From NCBI GenBank assembly GCA_043228905.1, contig JBHGNT010000017.1:11594001-11658000 (forward strand): DNA of 64,000 bases, written 5' to 3'. The first letter of the stretch is position 1. Every line of letters starts with the position of its first letter. A program made the position numbers and the translations under genes. Source of the stretch: Azolla caroliniana. Lineage: Eukaryota; Plantae; Polypodiophyta. Under the pieces are notes generated by a model. The model did no database searches. It saw only the letters and a program-made list of their open reading frames with translations, and had not been told where the DNA came from. This document shows, one piece after another, positions 11,701 to 24,236 of the stretch.

Positions 11701-14700
11701 TGTCGCTGTCCCACTCGCGTCTTTGTGTCGAAGGGCCGTGTCCCTGTGAATCCACGCTCGCACGCAGTGGGTCTCTTCTCCTTTCTCTCTTGCTCTTCGG
11801 TACAGGACCCCCGAGGTCCCGCCTCATTCCACGCATCCGCGAGGAATACCTCGACATCTTGGTGAACCCGACGTGAACGAGGCGGCAGAAGAGCAGAAGA
11901 TGAAAGGGTCGGATCTTGCGGAGGCCATGGCTTCGGCCGTGGATCGGATATTGAGCGCACGCGAGGGCTCCGGTGCCCTCAACAGAGCCATTGAGGTGGT
12001 CGTCGGTACGATCGGCCGGTTCAGCGAAAAGGATGCCATGAAGTATTTGGCGTCCTACGGGGCAGAAATGCTGATGCGGGACATTCCGGAAGAGAGGCGT
12101 CTTGCCGGGTTCCCTCGAGTGGCGATGCCGAGCATCCATGCGGAGGTGCTCGAGGTGCAGGCGGAGAGCCGTACCTGGGAGGAGTTCGAAGGTCAACTCC
12201 TAGAAAAATACGGGTTGGACGACGCGCTCCGGCTTTTGAAACGGGAATTCATGGAGTGGGTGGAGTCCCCCGGCAAGGGGAGAAACACGTTGGCACTCCT
12301 CCGGGAGTTCGAAGAACGCTTTCCGCGCCTTTCGGCGCTTGACCGAACCGTTCTGGATACGAGCCGGGTCCTACTGTTCGTCAAGTCGGTGGACAAGCGG
12401 GACCGGGATCAAGTCGGCTCCTTGATGGAAACCGAAGACGGGCTGACGACCGACTGGGCTGTGGTTAAGAGAGTCTGTGGCCGTTTCGACAAACGGCGAG
12501 AATGGGTTGATAACGAGGCGGCCGGTGCGGGCTCTGTCACAACAAGGAGGCTTGAACCGGCACCGCAAGGGCGAAGGGAAGAAACCCGGGAATGGCTCGG
12601 AACCGGTCCGGCTTCGACCAGCATGGTCAGTGGCTCGTCCGGAGGAGCATCGCTGGAGGAGTTGACACGGGCGATAAAGGATCTCCAGATCACCCAGACT
12701 CGAAGGGAAGGCGGCGAACCGGCTCGTGACCGACGGCCGGCAGCAGGGAACAGGTGCATGTGAAGCGACGAGGTCGGCCACATCCGGAAGGACTGCGGCG
12801 ATTTCGCAGAAGCGTTGAGGAACCGGGTGGTGTACCTGTGGGAAGGTCGGGTGCACGCCGGCGACACCAGAAGGGCCCTAAACCGAAACAACAGACGAGG
12901 AGGTATGAAGAGACTGATAGAAGAGGCAGCGGCCTGACACGTGGAGGCCATCCACTACTCGGCGTCGGTCGGCATTCGGGTCGGGGGCAGCGAGGCCCGA
13001 AAGGAGGGCAAAGACGAATTCTGGTCGGCAATGCTGGAAGGTCTTGCCGGCGCACGGCTAAGGAAAGACGAAACAGACCGCGCTCTGAGAGACGGGTCTG
13101 GGAAATAACCGGGTGGAGCGATCCGGTCGAGGAGAAGACGGGCTTCGTAGGAGCCGCCTGCCGAAACTACGAGGCTCTGGTAGAAGACAAACGAGTGGGG
13201 AAAGCCGGAGCGGCCGGGCCCTCACAACGGTACGAGACCCGATTCGGGCAACGACGGAACGATGCCGGTGGGTCCAGCTCGCAAGATAACCCCAGGAAGG
13301 GCGGATACCGACTGGGGACGGAAATAGAAAGGACCACGGACCTACGAAAGGTCCTAGAAGAACGGATCCTCGACAGCAAAGTGGAGTTGTCATTACGGGA
13401 GGTGCTAGGGATCGCCAAGGAGTTCCACGACTCCATTGTGGACTTGGTGAAACGGAAGAGGCTGTCGACGGAGACAGAACCGGAGAGACCGATGGAGGTG
13501 CGGACGACGCACATCGACGACTCGGCGCTGGCAGATGAGTGGGCGGAGAGCCACTATTCGAGGCCACACTGGGCCCGAGTGACCACAGAGACCCCGGTAA
13601 AGATCGGAGATGTTCAGGAACCGGTGGTGGCACTGGTGGACCACGGTTCGGAAATAAACCTGATGTCCATGGACTTCTATAAGAAGGGAAAGTGGCCGAT
13701 CAACACCAAGCACGGGTGGAAGATCTGGGCGGCGATGCGCGCCACCGAGGAACTGCACGGGGCCTGCCCGAACGTGCGTGTCAAGATCGGCGACGTCGAG
13801 ATTGACCAGCACTTCTTCGTGCAGGAGACGTCCTCGCATCCAATCATATTAGGGGAACCGTACATCACAGCGGCACGAATGGAGACCAAGGTGCTGGACA
13901 ACGGTTCGGCCTACGCGAGGGTCAAAAGCCAGGACGGGCGCCATTCGGTTCAATTTCTGACGGTGCGGCCAAACCACGAGAGAAATCGGGAATCCCTCGG
14001 TGGCGAGAACCGGGAGGATGTTTAGAGAGGGCTGCCAAGGTGTGGGGCCGAGACAGCCCGGACACTCGGGAAAAACCCCACGACTGTACGATAGGTAGGA
14101 AGTTTTGCTTCTCCAAGAACGGAGGGTGTATGATAGTCGGCATCGTTGGCCGAGAAAAGACAAGGGCGGAAGTGCGACTTCGAGCGTGCGGAGTTCTCGG
14201 CCCGGACGAGGAAATCAGCGGAGCTGTGGAGGCGGTCTCCTTCGACGACACCTTGGGAATGCTGAGGGAGGTAGTCAGAGAAGACCTTAACGAAGACCGG
14301 ACGATACCGTTATGTTCCGAAGAGATGTACGAAGTCATCACGAACTTCAGTCGGGGGCTCGGGTCGGATCGGACGGCCCGAGTTAGCACGAAGTACAAGA
14401 CTGTGGACCGGAAGGTAAGGCCAGTCGCGGCACCCTTACCGGAGGGCAGCGAGTCTCGGATCAGAGGGATTGCGTCGGACCCCAGTTTGCGAAATCCGGT
14501 CTGCATAGGGCACACCTTCACCGACGGAACGCTCCGGGAGCTCAAAATCGGTGGGGGCGGGTTCCTACTGCCGGCGGAGGAAGACCGATTTCGGAGGATG
14601 CTCGGAAGGCACGGAAAGGCCTTCGCATTCTCGCCGGAAGAGATCGGGTGCGTAGACCCGACGATCGTGGAGCCGATGGTGATATTCACGGTACCACATG

Positions 14701-17700
14701 TGCCGTGGAATCTCAAGCCGATTCCGGTACCAAGAGCTCACATCCCGGAGTTGATGGAGCTACTGAGGCAGAAAGTCGATATGGGTATTCTCGAACCGTC
14801 GAGCACGCTATACTCAAACCGATGGTTTACCGTACCAAAGAAAAACGGAACATTGCGCTTCATTCAGGACCTGCAGCGGGTCAACAGAGTGACCATTCGG
14901 AACGCAGGAATCGGACCGACCATAGACGAGTTCGCGAAGGCCTTCGCCGGAAGGTCGATTTACTCGGTCGGTGATCTGTACTCGGGGTACGACCAGTTCC
15001 AGCTAGCCGTGGAGAGGAGAGACATTACGATGATGCGAACTCCCCTCGGCCTAGTGCGAATGTGTACCCTGCCACAAGGAGGGACCAACTAGGTGGCCCA
15101 CATGGTGAATGCAATGAACAAGGTACTGAGGAATTGCATCCCGGACATCACCATGCCATTTCTGGACGACATCCCGATAAAGGGGTGCCCGGTGGAAGAG
15201 AAGGACGAGGCAGTCAGGCTGGACGGATGCCGGCGTTTCGTGGCAACACACATCGACGACTGCGAGAAGGTGCTACAAAGGCTAGAGGATGCGAGGCTCA
15301 CCTTCTTCGGGGAGAAATCGGCCTTCGGGCAATCAGAAATCCTGGTGGTCGGACACCTGTGTGGACCGTATGGCCGGAAGCCGTCTCCGGCAAAAGTAGA
15401 AGCCATCTCCGCGATGAAGACCGACTCTAGCTCGGTTACGGTACGCCCAGGTTTAACGCGAACTCTGGGGTATCGTTTCGGCAGTAAAGGCCGACAAAGA
15501 CTACCTGATCGGGACAGAAGTGATTATCGAGACGGATTGCCTGCCAATTCTCGGCATGGTTTCCGGATGCGCGACACCGGACCTGGCGATGCTCAGGTGG
15601 ATAGCGTACATCAAGTCCTTGGACCCGGAAATACGGCACATTTCCGGAAAGGACAACGCCATGGCCGACATGCTTTCGAGGGTGAGGTTTGATAACGAGG
15701 GCGGCATGGTTTCGAAGGACGAAGAAGTCGGCGTGGACTTCTTCGAGGCGGCGTATGTGACGACCGATGGGACGAGCACTCCAGCACTTCACGACTTCGA
15801 CGAGAGCAAGTACGACGGCGAGTGGCTCCGGATCGGTGGATTTTTGAGGACGATGACGCCGGATGCGTCATGGACAAAGGACGAGGCCAACCGGATCCGG
15901 AAGAAAGCTTACCGATTCTTTCTCCGGGACGGATACTTATGGAAGCACCCGAAGAAGAGGAACGGCGTCCCGCTCCGGGTGGTGGCGATGAAGGAAGAAC
16001 AGGAGGAGCTGTTGACGGCCTACCACGACAGCCCTTGGGCTGGACACCGTGGAACGTGGGCCACGTTCGAGGAGATAAAGGGGAAGTACTGGTGGCCGGG
16101 ACTATACCGGGACGTGCATCGGTTCGTGACAACTTGCGAGAGTTGTCAGATGCACTCCATGGTTCGGCATCGGGACGAGCTTCACCCTACGTACCCTCCA
16201 ACCATCCACTTCAAATGGATGGTAGATCTGGTGACGATGCCGATGGGCGTAGGACAGATGCGGTATCTGGTCCTGGCTCGGGAAGATCTGACGAATCAGG
16301 TGGAAGGCCGAGCCCTTCAGAACAAAACGACCGCGACCGTATGTCGGTTCCTGATCGAGGACGTGATATGTCAGTACGGGTGCGTCGGGAAGATCGTGGC
16401 TGATCGCGGGGAGTTGGACGCCGAAGAGGCCGAGGAGTTGTTCGACTGGCTAGGAGTCAAGCTCTCGCTCACCACTGCATACAATCCGGAGGCGAATGGG
16501 AAGGTGGAGCGCGGACACGGACCGATCGTCAAGGCGTTAGTTCGGGCATGCGGAGGTCAAGTCAGGAACTAGCCGTGGCTGTTGCCTTACGCATTGTGGG
16601 CGGACCGAACTACGCACAGTTCGGTAACCGGATTCATGCCGGCAGAGCTCATGTTTGGGCAGAAGCCGATCATGCCGATGGAACGTACGATCTCCTCATG
16701 GGCAACCGTGGACTGGAGAGACGAGATGAGCCGGGAGGAACTGTTGACAGCGCGCATACGGCAGCTCGAGCGAAGACCGGAGGACGTGGAGCAGGCTGCG
16801 GAAAGGCTTCAGGTGGCAAGGACGAGGAACAAAGCCCGGTTCGACCGGACGCACAGGCTCCGACCGAAGAAGATCGAGGAAGGCGACTAGGTGCTAGTCT
16901 ACGACAGCAGCCTCGACAACCAGCACCGAGCGACACAGAAGTTCGCAAGAAGGTGGTTCGGGCCTTACGTGGTACAAAGCGCCAACGACAACGGGACGTA
17001 CCATCTGGCGGAACTCGATGGCACGAGAATGGCGATACCGGTAGTTGGAAAACGGATCAAAGCGTTCAAGAAGTGTCACGACGACGAGCCGGATCCGGTT
17101 AACCTGGACCAGGACGACGAACGATCCGAAACCGGGGAAGAACCGATGGGCGGGGAATGAAGGCTGGACCGGTTTTCTCCGTCCCAACTCAATTTGACGC
17201 ATGCCGGTGGATGCGCGGTTAGGTGGGGGCGGATGTCGTGAAGAAAACCGTCCACAAGCAGAATCGGTGCACCGGAGCATAGGAACCGGCTCTTCATGCA
17301 CGTATGCCTTACGTTGTACATAGGAGAGAATTAGGGACATGGAAGATCCGAGGTAGGTAAATTCGGTAGGTAGGAAGTTAATAGGAAACGGCTCTCTTCT
17401 TGCCTATAAAAGGAGGGAGACGAGGAAGAGGAAGGAATCGCAGAGAGTCGAGGACGAAGTGCTGTCGGTTTGTGGGCGAAGGCTTCTCTCTCTCTCTGGC
17501 TCGCAAACTCCATAGCTTCTTTCTGTGCAGGTTTCGTGAGGCTCGCGCTGCTCTGAGGAATGCCCGACTGCTTCTGGCAGCACCTCTAACCCTTTCCTTC
17601 CTTCCTGCGCGTTTGCGAACAGGCATCGGCATCTGTTCGCCGGCCTGTTCGGTTGTAACTGACTTCGTGTTTTGATTGTTTGTCTTTGTTAATACATACA

Positions 17701-17990
17701 TACATTCGTGTCTCTCTGTGTCGTTGTCCCACTCGCGTCTTTGTGTCGAAGGGCCGTGTCCCTGTGAATCCACGCTCGCACGCAGTGGGTCTCTTCTCCT
17801 TTCTCTCTTGCTCTTCGGTACAGGACCCTCGAGGTCCCGCCTCATTCCACGCATCCGCGAGGAATACCTCGACACCGGTAGAAGAAGCTGTTGTGGTTGT
17901 CACAGGAGAAGTACGTGACAAAGGTGCTTCAACGTTTCAACATGTCGGATGTGAAACCGGTTGGATCGACACTTCCGGCACACTACAAGC
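8759..17990 (+). mobile_element. Decayed Copia internal region (gag-PR-IN-RT) interrupted by the Gypsy insertion 11216..17874
   Basis: Gag reads KSKMRDIL..., followed by CCHC, WVVDS, WHKRLCH, FIDD and YVDD motifs. The RT frame IIQDR...KKLLWLSQ resumes after 17874. Confidence 0.9.
11216..17874 (+). mobile_element. Two-LTR Ty3/Gypsy element, copy 2 of the tRNA-Trp family (LTRs 11216..11856 and 17234..17874, 641 bp each; TSD CCGG)
   Basis: TG...CA LTRs differ at about 13 positions by eye, all transitions. PBS is at 11860-11877 and PPT AGGTGGGGGCGGA at 17221-17233. Domain order is gag-PR / RT(FLDD)-RH-IN, with several stops and a deletion at ~15437. No chromodomain is evident. Confidence 0.95.
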
Positions 17991-18143
17991 TATCCAGAAG
18001 ATGGAGAAACCAGAATGAGTTCTGGCTCATTTTCTCTAGTTTAATAGATCCTAAAAAAATGTTTGACAAAAGCTCAATTGAGGTGCTCTTGATCAAAATA
18101 ACAGAGCAGACAAGAAATGAAAGAGTATACATAGTGCATAAGA

Positions 18144-18144
<1 letters not shown>

Positions 18145-18176
<32 letters not shown>
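18145..18176. repeat. (TA)n microsatellite
   Basis: Directly visible. Confidence 0.9.
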
Positions 18177-18279
18177 ATTCTTTTATTACAATAGTTGGTT
18201 ATATAAGTATCATTAGTTAGTTATAGTTGTTAGGAATATGTCCCTCCAGTGGGAGGAGTCGACTGTTTAGGCCAAGGGA

Positions 18280-19478
18280 AAAGTAGGAGGAGCAAATTGT
18301 CTTCTTCCCTTTTTCTTTGTGCATAAACTGTCTCCTCGGTTCCATGCGCAAGGAAAGCGCAATTGAGTCTATGCTACTCGCCGGCTTGCCATCTGACTGG
18401 TCATTCTGACTCAGTCGCTCATTCAGCCCACTCAGCAGGAATGAGATCAGACTCTCATCTACAGTACCAAATCCTTCTTCATCTTCTGCTCGGATCATTT
18501 CAGGCTTACTAGGCTCATCTTTCGGAATCAAGTCGGAGTTCGACATCGGAGTCGGTAGAGAGTACCATGATGCTGACTCATCAAATTTGACATCTCGCCT
18601 CACTCGAACTTGTTTCTTTCGAGGGTTATATCACTTATAACCCTTTTGCTCATGTGAGTAGCTGACAAGGATGCACTTCTCCTACTTCGGTTTCAGCTTT
18701 GTCTACTTCTCATCCAGCAGAGGCACATAGGCAATGCTATCGAATATCTTAAGGTGTCTTAAATTCGTTTTCCGCCCAAAATATAGCTTGTGTGCTGACA
18801 CATTATCCCCTATCCGGTTTTGAATGTAGACAGTTGTCCTGACCGCCTCAGCCTAGTAGAATTCGAGCATGTTTTTCTCCTTATGCATTGCCCTTGCCGC
18901 GTCAATAATTGATTGGTTCTTCCTCCCAGCCACACCATTTTGTTCCGGTGTGTACATGTAGTTGAATTCTCTCTTAATTCCTATTTGTTGCAGATAATTG
19001 TTGAATTGGCCAGAAAAGTATTCTTTTCCACCATCCGACTGCAGGCACTTGATCTTCCTCTCTGTTTCCCTTTCAACTAAGCTTTGAAGGTTCCGGAAAC
19101 AATCAAAGACTTCGTTATTCTTCTCGATGAGGTAGATCCACGTGTGTCGGTTGTAGTCGTCGATGAAAAAGACCAAATATTGGCTCCTACCAAGACTAAC
19201 GTTTTGTGCCAGTCCCCATACATCCGAATGTATTAGATTGAGCTTGTTATGGCTCTAGTTTCTTTTGGTGGGGAAAGGAAATCGGTGTTGCTTCCTGAGT
19301 TGGCAAGCTTCACATATTTGGGCCTTTCGGCCAATGAATTTTGGCAATCCGAAAACAACTTGTTTCGATTGCAAGTCATGAAACCTCTGGTAGTTGACGT
19401 GGCCGATCCACTTGTGCCAAAGATCGATCTTCAATTCAATCTTTTGTCCTTTGGCAAACAAGGTGGTGCCCACTGCCT
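18280..19478 (-). pseudogene. Decayed Copia GAG-pre-integrase/integrase fragment
   Basis: LWHKWIGH...CEACQ, FFIDDY, LQSDGGKEY, YTPEQNGVA and RDVKFDE. Confidence 0.85.
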
Positions 19479-20380
19479 AGTGGCATAAACGAATGGGACA
19501 CATAAGTATGCAAACTTTAAAAAATATGTTGAGAAAAAATGTAGTGACTAGACTGCCAAAGTTGAAAGACTGTAAGATGAGCAAAATATGTGAAGCATGT
19601 CAATATGGAACGCAAAATATGTTGCCTTTCCCTTATGAATTTGGTCGCAGTTAGCCAAATTGTGGAGAAAGGCATACAAGTCTGATTCAACCAAGATGGT
19701 TGCTTCATCGAGAAGGAAGTCTGACTCGTTGCTCGTGGTCAAAGGGAAGGCCGAATGTTCATTCTTGATTGGAAGGAGATGAAATTGGTCATGTCAATCT
19801 CTAGAAACTCAAGGTGATGCAATCGAATGGAGTCGTCATCGGGCCCCCCACCTTCAAAGAGAAAGAGATTGAAGGTGTATGTGAAGCTTGCCAATTTGGC
19901 AAACAACATCAACACCCGTTTCCGAAAGAGAGGAACATAAGCAAAGGGCTTCTGGATGTAATTCATTCTGAAATATGAGGACCGGCCCAGACGGTTACAT
20001 TCGACGGATGCCAATATTATGTGACCTTTATTGACGACTTCTCCAAGCAAACCTAGATCTTCCCCATGAGGCACAAGAGTGAAGTGTTTGCACACTTCCA
20101 AAAATTCAAAAGCGAAGTCGAAAAGACAACCAGCCGACATGTACGTTGTCTTCGGTCAGATGGAGGTAAGGAATACTTCTCTGATACATTCACACAATAC
20201 CTTCGACAAAAAGGAATCCGACGAAAATTTTCATGTCGACATACACAACATAATGGAGTAGCTGAACAGAAGAATCAACACATCCTCAAAGTAGCACACG
20301 CCATGCTAAACAAAAAACACATGTTGAAGTCTTATTGGGCCAAAGCAATATAGACAGTCGTCTATCTAATGAACAATGTA
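19479..20380 (+). pseudogene. Patchwork of Copia PR / GAG-pre-integrase / integrase fragments
   Basis: Plus-strand WHKRMGH...CEACQ at 19479-19635, then NLVAVSQIVEKG, a second CEACQ, and LRSDGGKEY. Confidence 0.8.
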
Positions 20381-21745
20381 CAACATCAATCGTGCGCGAA
20401 CTTGCCCCTCATATTGTATCACGATTTGATACAATGTTATGCATTTGATCACATTCGACTATGCTTTCCACACATCTTTGACCAAACCAATCCTTCCATG
20501 AATTTCTCTATCACAGTCACAATGTGCACCCTTAATTATGGCATTCATTAGTAAAGTTCTAAAACATCAAGAGTTGCTAATCACTTTCACATGTATTACA
20601 TGAAAATGTTATATTTTTTTAATCTCAAAGGTCATATTTGACCTCCCAACGACAATAGTAAAATCTCTCTCTCTCATTCTCAAATTCTACAACTTACAGC
20701 ACATAGAAGACTGCCTACTACAACAAAGCCCAGCCAGAATCTGTAAACCCAAAAAGCATTTGAGTCATGAATAAGTAGACGAAATTCTTTTCTTTCTTAT
20801 TTTTTAAGACTTCCATGTACCTCTTTTAGGCAAATTGTAGTTTTTAGAATACTCACCATCTTCATTCCGAATTTGTGAAAAGAAACTAATTGAAGCACAT
20901 CCAAACGATGCCATATTGGTCGATCAAAGTCCAAACCTAGATGACCCAATTACACTCCAGATATTGTCCAACCAACTGCTCTAGATTTTCCAGTAGCAAA
21001 GATCTGGTCACAACTATAATAATGAGATGTAGTGTACACCTTATGCCTCTTAAGTTGTAGATGGTGGTTTGTATTGCATACAAATTTTGCCAAGAGGACC
21101 ACGTTTTTCCACATGATAGATGAGACCAATTGCCTATACAGTTTTCATGATGAAAAATAGTTGTTAGCATTTGGATCAAGAATTTTCACCATTTCTGGTT
21201 GAGCTTATATCACTTAGTCCTTACATGTGCTTGAACTGCCTATAGACATTTCTGAACAAATAAGTGCAGGAATATCAGAATATGACATCTTTCTCTTTTT
21301 TAAGTTTTTATGACATTAAGGGCCTTTAGATAATCACAAAAGGGGAAACTGTATCTTGATCGTCATAGCCGCACAAATTGATCTGATTATCAGCATCCCG
21401 GAATCAGCCCTCAGGTCCATATCACCCCTTGCTTGACCTGGAGAATTCTGATGAACTCCTTCAACCAGGCACACAAACTCTTCAAGAAAGGGAACCGCCA
21501 TGAAAACAAATATTCAACATCAAGTCGGAGGTTTCTTGTTGGCTCTGAACCACCAGACTCCCAATAAGAGCCAAAACTGTTGAAGAAGGTGATGCCACTT
21601 GAGCCGAGTCTGTTCACATCATCATCAAGTTCTGTGACTCATGAGACAGTTGCATACCAAAGACCTCCTATACTATATACCCAGTCTCGGGGATGTTTTA
21701 ATTCTCTGAAAACCAGATAATCCACTTCATGCCTTTTGACCGGTA

Positions 21746-24125
21746 TCACAATAGTAGTCTAGTAAACCCAGGCTTATTAGAATGCTGCATATTTATTGCA
21801 CTATTGAAAGCCTGTTTTGCTAGTGCTACATTTCCATGTAGGCAGCACGCATTAAGCAAGCATGACAATATAGTCAAGTTGGCTTGCATGGGCATACTCT
21901 GCAACATGCTCTCCAACCTCTTAAATTCTCCTATGTGTCCAAGGAGTCCTAGCATACTACCATAATGCTTTAAGTCAGGTTCAACACCATAATCTCTACT
22001 CATCTGTTCAAAGTACTCGAGACCTTTCGCAACAAGACCAGCTTGACCACAAACTGAAAGGATTGCAGTAAATGTCACTTTATCTGGTTTGACTTCTGCA
22101 AGCTTCAGCTTCTCAAACATGTGGAGACATGCAGCGAAATTCCCTTCTTCCATGTGGCCAGAAATGCATGCATTCCATGACACAACATCATACCCTAAAA
22201 TTTTATCAAAGAATGCTTGGGCATCTGCCATGCTTGCACAATTCCCATAAGCATGAATCAATGTAGTTACTAATGCAGGATTCAGATCACAGCCAGCTGA
22301 CACAATGCTAAAGTGTAAATTTCTACATAACTCCAAGCTTCCTGTTGCACTGCAGGCTTGCAAGACACAAACCAGTGTAACATCATTAAGCAACACCTGT
22401 TCCCTTTGCATCTTCTCAAACAGCTGCAGAACCTTATATCCTTGACCCTCCTCAATGTAAACCGAGAGCATTGCAGTCCAAACAATAGTAGAGCATTCGG
22501 ATATTGAAGCAAACACATTCTCTGCTTCTGTAAGTGCCCCACACTTCCCATACATAGTCAAGAGCGTGCTTCCAACAAAAGCGTCAGAGGCGAACTGATT
22601 CTTCTGAAGATCCAAATGTAGGGCCTGTCCAATTTCCAGTATTGGTAGGCACATAGACCGGCCTTCTGTATGAAGGGATTTCTCCTTCTCTGCAAGTTTA
22701 ACACATGCTTGTAATGCTAAAACATAAGTGCGGCGGTTTGGCTTTACGCTTTGCTCTTGCATCTGTACAAACAATTGCAATGCCTTCCACTCATGACCTT
22801 TTTCAATATATGCCGATAGCATTGCATTCCAAGATGCAACATTGCAATACGACATTGCACTGAAGAAATGTTCTAGTTCCGCAATGTCCCCACATTTAGC
22901 ATACATAGTCAGAAGACTGGTGCTGATAAGAACACTGGTTGTAAGTCCGTGTTTGCAGACATCCGCATGGAGAGCCTGCCCGACTATGTACGACATGCTG
23001 AGACGACCTCCATCTTCCCCTGCTAAGAGAATGCATGCCTGAAGTGCAAGCACAAATGTCAACTCACCAAAAATTTCTACTCCTTCAGCTCCCATTTGCA
23101 GGTACAGCTGTAGTGCCTTCTCTCCGTCTCCGTGGTCCACATATGCTGACAGCAATGCTCTCCAAGATACGACTGTGCGCTCAGATAAACTGCAAAAGAC
23201 ACACCCAGCTTCTGCTAGTGCCCCACACTTCCCATACATATTGATAAGAGTGTTACTGAGTGCAACATCTGAAGTAAAACCTTTAGCCTCTGCTTCCATG
23301 TGTACGGCCAGACCAGGGGATAGCTTATTTGAGGATACATCCCAAATAAATCCGTTTTCTTCTTTCTCAGCAAGAACAGCACATGCCTTCACTGCAAGCA
23401 GAAGTGTGAGCTGATCTGGACTTGTGCCATCTTCCATTATCCGTCTGTACAAGTGCAATGCTTTTTGAGCTTGGCCTTGTTGGACATAGGCAGATAGCAT
23501 TGCATTCCATACAACCAGAACTGTATTGTGTGGGCAAACCTGGCTCTGGCTCTGGCTCTGGCTCTGGCTCCATGCACTCACAAATAGGATCTCCGCTTGC
23601 TGCAAATTGCCGCACCTACCATACATGCTCACAAGTGAAGACGCAACAAAGATGTCAGAAACAAAACCAAGGGTATGTGCATGCTCGTGAAGTTGCCTTC
23701 CCTGTTCCAGTTCGTCCGACCCCATGATGCCACATGCTTTGAGCAAGCTCACAAACGTATAATTATTTGGCTCCACACAATCTTGCAGCATTAGCTGATA
23801 CACTGTAAATGCCTCCTGGGCCTGCCCAAACTCGACATACGCCGATATGATAGCTGTCCATGAGAAGACAGTGCGGCATGGCAATGTGTAGGAGAGGTGG
23901 AGAGCATGGTGAAGAGCACCACTTTTGGCAAGGGCGACAACCAAGTAATCGCCCAACAAGCCTGTCAATGGGAGGTGGTAGCGAGAGATGTGGGCATGGA
24001 TCCCATGCACCAGTAGGCTTGCTTCTTGCACATTCTTCTTCAACAAGCTTTTACGCCTTAGCCACGCCTTGAGAAGGGGAAGGTAGAGATGGGTAGGAAG
24101 AGTCCAGGCATCCTCCCCCATCACC

Positions 24126-24127
<2 letters not shown>
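21746..24127 (-). CDS. PLS-class pentatricopeptide repeat protein with E1 (truncated E2, no DYW); putative organellar RNA-editing specificity factor
   Basis: Intronless 793-aa ORF with repeated motifs (SW.A..SAY...G....AL, L..MYGKCG), a P2-L2-S2-like end (YGVEPDLKHYGSMLGLLG) and E1 (PMQANLTILSCLLNACCLHGN). Confidence 0.9.
23541..23570. repeat. (TGGCTC)5 coding repeat giving an (SQ)n tract in the PPR protein
   Basis: The translation reads SAWSQSQSQSQSQV. Confidence 0.9.
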
Positions 24128-24170
<43 letters not shown>

Positions 24171-24236
24171 CATCATCATTCATCATCATTCATCATTCAT
24201 CATTCATCATCATTCATCATCATTCATCATTCATCA
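24125..24236. repeat. (TCATCAT/TCATTCA)n microsatellite abutting the PPR start codon
   Basis: Directly visible. It reads (ATGAATG/ATGATGA)n on the coding strand. Confidence 0.95.

Noticed and set aside
3128-17340. Numerous long antisense or overlapping ORFs
   Set aside because: Shadow ORFs of GC-rich retroelement coding sequence with no recognisable domains.
20400-21745. Possible DYW exon or second gene downstream of the PPR
   Set aside because: No PG box, HxE...CxxC or DYW-like motif was found by eye, and the short ORFs are unrecognisable.
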